A stretch of DNA of 46,418 bases, taken from contig JAANOX010000206.1 of the NCBI GenBank assembly GCA_020184695.1, positions 1 to 46,418 of the forward strand, given 5' to 3'. Below, piece by piece: positions 21,701 through 31,800 of the stretch. The position numbers and the translations under genes are program-made. This DNA is from Histomonas meleagridis 2922-C6/04-290x. Taxonomy: Eukaryota; Protista; Parabasalia. The notes below the pieces were generated by a model, which did not search any database, was not told the origin of the DNA, and was given only the letters and a program-made list of their open reading frames with translations. Within the stretch, counting starts at the first letter, position 1. The number at the start of each line of letters is the position of its first letter.

Positions 21701-22140
21701 TCATGATTTACAAAATTATATTCCCTTAAAAGGATTGCTAATTTATCTTTAGACATATAATGCGCAAAATAAACATCATGGTTGTTTTTTACAATGTTTG
21801 GTTCAAGAAAATTATGTTCAATCATCGATTCAAGAAGATAATATGATTCATGTGTATGCTTATTATTAAGAAATCGCCCAAATATATCAAATATATTGGA
21901 TTTGATTTTATTGCTCTCTTCAAATTTTCTTATTTCTTTTATAATATTAAAAAATAAATCTACATCATTGTTTTTAATTACAAATGAATAATATATCATT
22001 TGAATAATAATTAAATCAGAAGATACAGGATGGATTTCATCAAATTTGTTGATTATTAAACCTAAAGATTTCGAGGAATTTTCTTCATTCAAACCAAAAA
22101 TTGCTTGACTTATTGATAGAAGTGTTTCCCAGTCGCTCAT
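18797..22140 (-). CDS. DUF3447-ankyrin protein, locus B: intact 382-aa first segment, then 13 ankyrin blocks each preceded by a 77-nt spacer
   Basis: ORF 20992..22140 has the DUF3447 motifs. All 13 downstream blocks are stop-free; the last ends ...DINAKIV* (TAA 18797-18799). The joined coding model is inferred. Confidence 0.8.
18800..21009 (-). repeat. 170-nt period ankyrin+spacer array B (13 units)
   Basis: aagtgctgt anchors every 170 nt from 18881 to 20921; first spacer 20933-21009 = 77 nt. Confidence 0.97.
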
Positions 22141-22430
22141 GCGGAAAATCCCTTATTGAGTGACATTTTCCATCATATTCAAAAACTGGATTTCATAGAT
22201 GTCATTTTATACCAATAAAATTTAAATATTATATTAGCGGTAAAAAAATCAGAAGTTTTGACATTTATGCGATCACTTCATTTTAATAACGTATCAAGGC
22301 ACATATTGCAACCAAAAGTAAAACGAAAGGAAAATATAGTGAATAAAATGGATTCATTAGATATTTTACTGTTAATCCTAATATAGGTTTAAATATTGAA
22401 CAATCATTTTCCTCACTTAGTCATATGGAA

Positions 22431-22660
22431 TTAAATTCCTTCTTGTTTAAGAAGTTATTAAACCATTTCTGTATGACCATTTTTAGATGCTATCATAAGT
22501 GCCTCATTAAATAAAAAAAATAATATCCAAATATTATTTTAATTTAAAATTATTAAAATAAATTTTAAATAAAACAAATAAATATTTTTAACATTAATAT
22601 CAATTCCTTCTTGTTCAAGAAGTAATTTAACGATTTCTGTATAACCTCTTGAAGATAAAG
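22431..22660 (-). pseudogene. Orphan degenerate ankyrin-spacer-ankyrin remnant
   Basis: SRGYTEIVKLLLEQEGIDINVKN, a 75-nt spacer (22509-22583), then NEALMIASKNGHTEMV* with stops. Confidence 0.8.
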
Positions 22661-22774
22661 AACGGGTGACAATTACGTTTATTTTTTTTTAGATTTTGAC
22701 AAAATTAAAATATCTCTTAATCAAAAAATGCAATCCATGCAAAATAAGTATATAAGCTTACACTATATATATTT

Positions 22775-22778
<4 letters not shown>

Positions 22779-22806
<28 letters not shown>
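22779..22806. repeat. (TA)14 microsatellite
   Basis: Direct read. Confidence 0.9.
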
Positions 22807-22812
<6 letters not shown>

Positions 22813-23505
22813 ATTTTTTCTATAACTATTAAGTTAGTTCCCAAAAATTATTGTGAGAAATAAATTTTATATACTTACAATTTTATTTATCAAAATTATT
22901 TTCAGGTGCTGAAGGATATGACAACGTCGGCTTCAGAGATGTATGCACTGATCCAAGTACAACATTTACATACGCAGTCCAATCCACTCGTTCGAGCACA
23001 GTAATTAACACAATGAAAACGTATTCGAATTCTGCTACAAATAAGCAATTCTCATATACACAAAAGGAAATGACTGTTTCTACAACAACAAGTAATACAG
23101 TTTCGTTGAGTGGATCGATTTATGTTAGTGAGGAAACAGAAGTTATATATTACCTGTGATAATATTTTTTAAAAAAAATTATAAAAGAATATATAAAAAT
23201 AATCATTTTTCAAGATGCTTTTGATGAATTATAGCTTATCATTACTGCAATCATTTTTGTCTTTACTTATTTTTTGATTATGATATAATTTTGCGGTTAT
23301 GATGGAAATAGGACTAATATTATATAAAAATGAATCATCATCAAAAAGTGTAATTTTTTTCTGTGTTATCGTTTCCATTTTTTGAATATGAATTACTAAA
23401 AGTTCTCAAATATATTTGTGTTACTGAGTATTTATTTCAAAATAAATCGCCATATTTTTCCATTCAAATTATATATTTACAACTTTTTGAATAAATCTTA
23501 GAGTA

Positions 23506-24700
23506 CAGTGTTTCCAAAAACGATAGGTCAGTCGATATGACGGTTATGGCGTGACCACAATGAATCATATGCCGATGTCCATGGTCAATGCCAGAATGGA
23601 AATCATTCATCATTTATATGATGGAAAAAACATTTCTCAAATACGCCAATTGACTGGCCATGGACGTGATTTAATTCGTAAAGTAAAAATGCAACTCGAA
23701 CAAGGTGATAATATGTTTTTATTCAAAAACAAAATTGGTGCACCAGCGAAACGAACTAAATAGCTTGAAGAAGAAGTAATCAGATTAGTCACAGAAGATA
23801 GAAGGGCTGGACTTTGTAGGATTGCGAAAAATGTGACTGAAAATGGTTCACCAATAAGTAAAAGTTTAGTAGCCAATATACTACACGACAACCATTTTAA
23901 TTATCTTCCGCCGAGAAAAACATTCCTATTGTCTGAAAAGGAAAAACAAGCTCGAGTATCATTTTGTAATCATCATCTCTTAAACAATACAGATTGGAAA
24001 TCTGTATTGTTTACTGACGAATCACTCTTTATTCTCGGGCCAAATAGAAGGTGGCTTCTTTGAAGAAGAAGAGGAGAGATTGACCAATGCATATATTCTC
24101 CACAAAAGAAATACCCTCAAAAAATCATGGTATTTGGAGGTATTTCTTATAACTATCATACACCTTTAATTGCGTTAACAGGAACAATTAATGCTCAGCG
24201 ATATGTTTCGGATTGTATTCAAAGATCTCAGCTAATTACGGGAATGAATGAAATATATGGTGAGAAAAATTGGGTTTTGATGCAGAATGGCGCATCAATA
24301 CATACAAGCAGTTTAACGAATAATTACTTGGAGGAGAAATGCAATATATTGAAGAATTGGCCTGCCAATTCCCCTGACCTCAACCCTATCGAAAATTTGT
24401 GGGCCATTATGAAAGACAGGGTTGAACAGGTCGAACCGAATGATCTGGAAACGTTGAAACAAATTGTTTTTGATGTTTGGAATAACATTGAAGTTTCAAC
24501 GATTCAAAACTCTATAATTCAATGGATGATCGTCTTCGAAAGGTAGTTGAAAATGAGGGTGCCCCAAATGGATATTGAAATTGAATGAATAAAAAACTAT
24601 TCTAAATAAAATAAATCACCGTTTCTCAAAAAGTTATTTTTTTTCGATAGAAAAAAAATTTTACATTTACTCCACTGACCTATCGTTTTTGGAAACACTG
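23506..24700 (+). mobile_element. Tc1/mariner (DD34E) DNA transposon, full length, non-functional transposase
   Basis: Perfect 27-bp TIRs cagtgtttccaaaaacgataggtcagt (23506-23532 and 24674-24700), TA target duplication on both sides. One reading frame with stops at 23761 and 24061. FTDE, QNGA (D to N) and SPDLNPIE with 34-residue spacing; 3' frameshift near 24510. Confidence 0.95.
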
Positions 24701-24705
24701 TATGA

Positions 24706-27224
24706 TAGCGTGGTTCCGACTAATAATTCTTACAAAAAAATGAAAAGTAAAGTTAAGAATTTTACTTAACGTTCATTCCCGTTATTTTCTCTTTTATTGA
24801 CTCTAAAGAGTGATCAGGAAAATATTTCATTAATCTATTGATATCATCATCAAAGTCGCTGTTTAAATCTTTTTGTCCAAGCACAATATTTTCTTCCAGA
24901 TTGATCCATTTCTTGTCTTTCTCGTATATTAGATTGAGAAGACGGATTCAACGTAATGTCTTTTGTGCTGAATATAGTATCATTATTATTATTTTGTTCT
25001 TTTCCAAAAATTTCCCTAATTTCATCCATGATGGATTCAAAAAGTGGATCCTCCACATTTAAATATATAAACCTTACGATTGAATTTGATAAACCATTCA
25101 AATTTTCATCATAAAAAGTGCCATCAAGTTCGATAATTTATTCAAAATCATTAATTCTGTGTCTGATCACTGTTTTAATGTACTTACTTTTGTGTAACCT
25201 GATGAAGTTAACCCTTTTAATGTCATTAATAAATTTACATATAAAATCATGATTTCGAGCATTCATTCTTAAAACACCAAAAGAATGTTCTAAAGGATTT
25301 GAGCTAAGTCTATTTAAAGAAATGTTACCTTGCTCGAATTTTAATAATTTCGATAAGCTAATTATAGTGCCTTATGTATCAATCATCAAATTATTATCAT
25401 AAATATAAGTCAATTGTTTATAATACATCAATTCAAGTTTCATATATTTACATCTACTTTTGACAGAAATGTGATCGTTATTGCAAAAATCATTTTTGAA
25501 TTGATTGATATCTGGTGTATATTGATTTAAATGCTTTAAAAACCAATATCTCCTTTTTTCAATAAGTGTAAATAATTTGAAAAAAATAATATCAATGAAT
25601 TATTTTTTTCATACAAAACTTGTTTTCTTAAAAAGTGCCGATAAGAATTATCACCATCAGCAGCATATCCAATTATACTGAAATTAGTATGATTTTCAAT
25701 AATAATTTTTAATTTATCTAATTTTTTGGTGATATCTGTATTGGCTTTACTACAATTTGAAGGAATTACATGAATTAAAATTCAAGGATTTGAATGGTTA
25801 ATTGACTGAAGTTGAGAAACAAATGCAGAATATATAGAATTTTTGGTGTTATTTATTATCAATTGTTCAAATTTTTGATAAGAGTTTCGGATAGTATTAA
25901 GTTCCTCGTGGGTAACATTAAAAATTTTAAACATACCTGAAACTGTCTAATTTTTGAGAATTTTTGAACATTTTGTTACACTAACAGCATCAACAGCAAT
26001 AATGGCCTTCTCTTTTGGCATAGAATTATTATATTTAAATTTCTCTTCATAAATTATCAATATATCAGGTAATTTAGATTCATTTAACAAAAGTTCATTG
26101 TTATTCAAAATTTCAGAACTTAGTATTTTATAAAGTGTTGAAATTGCTGGAAGGGGCATTTGCTCTTTGAAAATCGAATAGGACGATGGAGAATAAAAAT
26201 AAATTATTGAACATAAAATTAGTAAACCTACAGTCCACCTTCTCCCTTTTGGACTACTATATACATTTTCAACAATTTCATTAAGATATGGAAGTATGTT
26301 TTTTACATGAGTTTGCTTTTTTGGACTTGTTCCAATATTTGATCTTGTTAGAATATTTTGATTAACTTGAATATTTTATATAATATTAACATTATTATTG
26401 ACTGATAAACTTGTTGAATGTATTTTTGCAATGTGGATTCTTTTGATCTGTTTTGTTTTTTAGCTTCTCTTTGTTTTTCCATTAATGAAAAGTGACAATG
26501 TATTTATTTTTCAACAAAAAACACATTATTTAAATCATAAATATAAAAGAATTGACCCTTTTTTTCCTATTCATTTTCAAATATGATTATAATTATGATT
26601 TGATTGAAATTATATCAAAGTTTTATTAAGATTCTTCTGCTGAGTTTTGAGAAAAAGTTGCTAGAATATGCATATAAAACATGTTTTCTTCTATCAACGA
26701 TTATTTTCCATACAAAAAGTTTATAACCGTAAAATATTTGAATGATAAATTACGGTTTTTAAACCGTCGTGCGAAATACTACTTTTTCTCGAAATTCAGC
26801 AGAAGAAATCCATAAATATTTCAAACTAATAAAATATAGTTTATGTAAATTCTTATATAGAATTTTTAACAGAAAAAAAAAGGTGAGTTTTTAGAGTCTT
26901 GATGATCTTTCGGCGTGTAAATTTGTATAATAAATGTACTTTTTCTCAAAATCAATAATATTTATTTTAGAAAAAACCTAATAGCATACTTAGCAATATT
27001 ATTGTGCATATTAATATGTATAAATCATCAAAAAATTATGAAATAATTTTTCGATCAAATTTCGAAATATTTAATTTATATAAATAAAAGTCATATACTC
27101 GAATAATCCGAATCTAGACGAATAATTTTTACTATAAATTTTTTTTAATATTTTAAGTGTATATACTTGAAAAAGTAATTACAAATTTTCTGAAGGGACA
27201 TCTCCGAGAGTCGGAACCACTCTA
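24706..27224 (-). mobile_element. Decayed P-element/THAP9-like DNA transposon
   Basis: Minus-strand fragments IIAVDAVSV, IIGYAADGDNSYRHFL, LNRLSSNPLEHSFGVLRM. Candidate 16-bp TIRs tagcgtggttccgact (24706-24721) and agtcggaaccactcta (27209-27224), 15/16 match. Target duplication not convincing. Confidence 0.55.
26632..26807. repeat. Fold-back segment with 27-bp inverted arms (25/27 match)
   Basis: ttcttctgctgagttttgagaaaaagt (26632-26658) and actttttctcgaaattcagcagaagaa (26781-26807), with an inner accgtaa/ttacggt pair. Confidence 0.7.
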
Positions 27225-27278
27225 GAATAATTTAAAGTGAATAAATTTTATAAAAATACATTTATATTAATTTTGGTT

Positions 27279-29143
27279 TCATAACGAAAAATTTTTCGCA
27301 TTCATAAGTAATTTAACTATTTCTATATGACCTTTATAAGATGCACTCATAAGTGCTGTATAAAATATTTCAAATAATTTCCAAATATTATTTTGAATTT
27401 CCAAATTATTAAAATAAATAATAAATAAAACAAATAAATATCTTTAGCACTAATATCAATTCCTTCTTGTTCAAGAAGTAATTTAACTATTTCTATGTGA
27501 CCTTTATCAGATGCCCCAATAAGTGCTGTATTAAATATTTAAAATAATTTCCAAATATTATTTTGAAACAAAAAATTATTAAAATAAATATTAAATAAAA
27601 CAAATAAATGTCTTTAGCATTGATATCAATTCCTTCTTGTTTAAGAAGTAATTTAACTATTTCTGTATAATCATTTTCAGATGCATACATAAGTGCTGTT
27701 TTAAATAATTTAAATAATTTCCAAATATTATTTTAAAATAATAAATTATTAAAATAAACACAAAATAAAACAAATAAATATTTTTAGCATTAATATCAAT
27801 ATTTTTTTGCATAAGAAGTAATTTAACAATTTCTGTATGACCTTTTTCAGATGCCCCAATAAGTGCTGTTTCAAATAATTAAAATAATTTCCAAATATTA
27901 TTTTGAAATAATAAATTATTAAAATAAACACAAAATAAAATAAATAAATATCTTTAGCATTAATATCAATTCCTTCTTGATCTAAAATATATTTAACAAG
28001 TTCAATATTTCCTGATTTAGATGAGAAAACCAATAAATCTTCCGGAAGTTGATTTTCTTTAAGGAAATATTTAACAAGAAATATATTTCCAATTTTAGCC
28101 AATTCATTAATAATTGAATTGCTAATTTTCATTCCTTCTCCAAGTAAAAAAGTAAATAATTCATAATTATGATGTAGAAGACATTTTACTCCGAATTTTT
28201 CTAAATCATCAATATTATTAATTTTATTTTCAAAAATATATTTAAATATATTGTTTTTATGATATTTGATTGCTACTTCATATGCACCTTCAAATGATGA
28301 ATGGTTTTGTTCACATAAATGAATGATTTCATCATTTCCACCTGCAACTGCATATTTACCTGTATTTTCTACATTTGCATTGTTCATAAGTAAATATTTA
28401 AAACATTTAACTGCTGAAAAAAATGCTGCATAATCAATTAATGCAACATTTTCTTTATTTATAAATGAACATCTTTCATAAAGTGATGGTTCAATTTTTT
28501 GATCAAAATCAAAATTTGGTTGCGATGATATTTCTTGAAGTTTTTCTATTTCATCATTTTGAATTATTTTCGCAATTTTATTTGGATTTACTCCTTCTTC
28601 AATTAATTTTTTGTGTAGTTCCCAATCATTTTTTTTAAGGTTATCAAGATTATTTTCGATTTCATCAAAAAAATTAATGGAATATATTTCATCGATGCTT
28701 TTCTCTGATAAATGAATGAAATAAAATGTTTCTATTTTTTTAACAATATTTGTTTCAATAAAATCATATTCAATCATTTTTTTAAGAAGATAAAACGCTT
28801 CATGTGTAAATTTGTGAATAAGAAAATTTGCAAAAATATCAATTATTCTTAATTTGCTTTTTTTATCGACTTCTAATTTATCAATTTCCTTTAGAAAGTT
28901 CAAATATATATCAAAATCAGTCAATCGTATGATAAATATTGAATATATTATTTGACTAACAACAAATAAAAATGATAACTGATGTTCTTCGTAAAATTCA
29001 TTAAATATTGTATTTGCTGCTTGAACTACATTATCTTTGTCTAAATTAAAAATTATATCTTTCATTGACTTAATAGTTTCCCATTTATTTTGATATTTTT
29101 TGTTGTATTTTTCTTCAGTAATGTTCATGGAAATGATCGTCAT
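27279..29143 (-). CDS. DUF3447-ankyrin protein, locus C: intact first segment, then 4 ankyrin blocks each preceded by a 77-nt spacer
   Basis: ORF 27749..29143 (ATG 29143, or 29128 after TCATT). Anchors at 27861, 27691, 27521, 27351; first spacer 27873-27949 = 77 nt; last block ends IVKLLMNAKNFSL* (TGA 27279-27281). Confidence 0.8.
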
Positions 29144-29479
29144 TGTTCATATATGGCGACAAACTTAGTTAAAACTAAACGATACAAAATTGAACGCGTG
29201 CCGATCATTGGTGGGTTGGTAAGCTTTAACGATAGTCGATTTTTAGAAGTTGATGAGCTCGGTCAAAATTTTTATATTTCTATTAGATTGAATGCGTAAA
29301 GATACTTAAGCCCCTATCGTTATGTTTTGTATAGTTTACATGGGTTGTTGAGCCTGTCGGTCCCCACGGAACGATAGATCTGGTACCCTTTCTTTTGTTA
29401 TTTTATAAAACCGTTTTCTTTTCAACAAAAAAATCCCACAGAAAATTGAGAACGAAACAATTTGTTGTTTTTACAAACT

Positions 29480-30109
29480 ATGGAAACTGAAGAAGCCTCG
29501 GTAAGTATCATCATTACTGGATCTATTTCCACAGGGAAAACAGGGCTTGCTTATTATCTTACTGGTGACCCACGCAAACCTTCTGAAACAACAATTGCCA
29601 ATAAACTGATCAAAATTAATTATAATTTTCATAATCAATCAATAGTGCTTGATTTTTGGGATACCAACGGCCTTGAACAAGCAATTTGTTCCGTTGGATT
29701 TACCATTAAAGTTGCTCATTCTAAATATAAAGTTATCCTTTTTGTTTATGAAATTCATGAAAAAGACAAATTTATGGAATTGGATCACCGACTCCAAGAG
29801 CTTTCTCCTTTTATGTCAAATGAATGTGTCAAAATTTTAGTAGCTAATTCTTTTCGTTCAGAGCCACCTGTGGTTTCACGAGAAGAAGGTGAAGAAAAAG
29901 CAAAAATGTACGGAATGCATTATTTTGAAACAAATTTGCTTACAGGAGAAGGGACAAAAGAACTTTTGGACCAAATCGTTCTTTTAGCATTTTCAAGTAA
30001 GAAAGAAGATAACCCACCAAAAGATCAAAACAAAGATAAGCCATCAAAAGAACAAAAAAGTAGACGTCAAAAAATGCAGAAAAGACAAGAAGCTTGTGTT
30101 GTTCAATAA
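29480..30109 (+). CDS. Divergent Ras/Rab-superfamily small GTPase with CAAX end, copy 2
   Basis: GSISTGKT, WDTNG, VANSFR (no NKxD), YFETN, basic tail, CVVQ. Confidence 0.8.
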   Translation: METEEASVSIIITGSISTGKTGLAYYLTGDPRKPSETTIANKLIKINYNFHNQSIVLDFWDTNGLEQAICSVGFTIKVAHSKYKVILFVYEIHEKDKFMELDHRLQELSPFMSNECVKILVANSFRSEPPVVSREEGEEKAKMYGMHYFETNLLTGEGTKELLDQIVLLAFSSKKEDNPPKDQNKDKPSKEQKSRRQKMQKRQEACVVQ

Positions 30110-30553
30110 CTTTATTCCAATTTATTCTTGTAAAATTAATAAATAAAAAAAAAGATTAAAATGAATGGAAATTGGCCAATATTTCATTGGTATGATTTTT
30201 GGTATGAAGTTCACATAACTAAATAACTTTTCGTCATATATGTTTGTGTTGGATTTCACTTTTATCATAAAATATGTATGCATACTTTTTTGATTGCAAT
30301 TCTCTTTTTAAGATATCTCTAGGTTGAAGGAAAACATGAATGTGTTATATTAATTTTGAAATAATTTCTCCATCAAATCCATTTCCAAAAATGAAATTCT
30401 GATTAATAACGAATTTTTTACGTGAGTTAAAGCAATTAAAACCCATAATAATTTAAAATTTATTCATAAAAACAAGAAACTACATATTTTCAGTTAACAT
30501 GTCACAACCGGAATTCAAGTAAAGGCAGTGAAAAACCTCTAAAAAACAACTAA

Positions 30554-31417
30554 ATGGAAAAACTTTTACGCCGCGTAGAAGAAATTGGAAAAGCAACAGG
30601 TAACAAAGATACGCCAGAAAGCCAAGGCAAAAACAACAAAAAAGTTGATAAATTTACTTTAAAGAAGCGAGAAATAAATCTTCAAATTAGAGAGCTTAGA
30701 AACGATATAGCTGAAAGAGATCGCTACGCCAATGCACGTGGTACTAAAGATGATAAACCTGAAATTGTTCGGCAGTCCACACTAATTAGAACAAAACTTC
30801 AAAATGTTAAGGAAGAAGCCAAAGCTATTCGTGATATGGTTATCAAAGAAGAAGCCAAATACTCTAAGAAAGGTAAAGAATGCCCTAACATTGAAAATCG
30901 ATATAAGATGTGTGATTTAATTGATGCTCATATCGAAGAATGCGAGCGTTGGTTCAAAGGGCTTTCATTTGTCAGCCAAAAGAACGATCCCATGAAAGCC
31001 GCACTTCTTAAAGGTGCTAATTTTTCAGCTAATCTTAATCCCGAATTAGTCACATTTGTTCCACAAGATCCAACACAGACCGAACTCGAGGAAATCGATG
31101 GCATTGATGAATGGCAGCTTCAAATCAATGAAAATGAACAAGCGATTGATGAGAAAATTGATCAAGTTCTCGAAGGTACCGAATTTTTGAAGCATCTTGC
31201 GCAGACAATGCACGACGAGTATCAAGTTTTGACTGTCATGACTGACGACGTCGATAAGCAAATGGATAAAACGCAAGAAAATTTGGACGATGCAAACAAA
31301 AGATTGGAACATACAAAAGATGCACTGGGAACAAAGGCGGGATGTTGTATGGATGTGTTTTTGGTGATTTTACTTATTTGTTGTGTTGGATTTATATTGT
31401 GGAAGTATGTGTTCTAA
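30554..31417 (+). CDS. Qc-SNARE, SYP7-like syntaxin
   Basis: N-terminal LLRRVEEIGK and helical bundle, SNARE heptads (NEQAIDEKIDQVLEG...MHDEYQVL...DVDKQMD), single C-terminal TM helix. Confidence 0.7.
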   Translation: MEKLLRRVEEIGKATGNKDTPESQGKNNKKVDKFTLKKREINLQIRELRNDIAERDRYANARGTKDDKPEIVRQSTLIRTKLQNVKEEAKAIRDMVIKEEAKYSKKGKECPNIENRYKMCDLIDAHIEECERWFKGLSFVSQKNDPMKAALLKGANFSANLNPELVTFVPQDPTQTELEEIDGIDEWQLQINENEQAIDEKIDQVLEGTEFLKHLAQTMHDEYQVLTVMTDDVDKQMDKTQENLDDANKRLEHTKDALGTKAGCCMDVFLVILLICCVGFILWKYVF

Positions 31418-31800
31418 AGAATGTAATCCTTAAATACAATTTAAAAATGCTCTTTCGTGATTTTGTATTTGTATCTTTTATAAACTGATTGGGAAAATAT
31501 AATTAACGTCACAGGACGTTATTGTTTCATTTTGATTTATAACATAGTAATTAATTGTATCTTTATCATAATTTAAAAATATGTTTAATTATATAATTAC
31601 ACTTAAAGTGTTTTTGAATTTTAAACAAATATGGCGAAAACACTTTCATTGCCTCCAGAATTTATTAATATATGCACAACAAATGAAAAAAAGACAACAC
31701 AATTGTTAAAAAGTGACTGTTAAAAATCACTATCGTAACAGTTACTATCGTAATTAGCGAAAGAAGCGAACGTTATTTTTTTATTCGTTTTTTGGAACGA

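Noticed and set aside
22888-23158. Ser/Thr-rich open frame (AEGYDNVGFRDVCTDPSTTF...VIYYL*)
   Set aside because: Resembles the stalk of a trichomonad surface protein but has no start or supportable upstream exon; left uncalled.
770-24063. UGA=Trp alternative genetic code (TGA at Trp-like positions 1533, 24061 and possibly 875)
   Set aside because: Host genes (RPL35, DIS3) end in TGA, the same elements also contain TAG stops and use TGG for Trp, and simple G-to-A decay explains the pattern.
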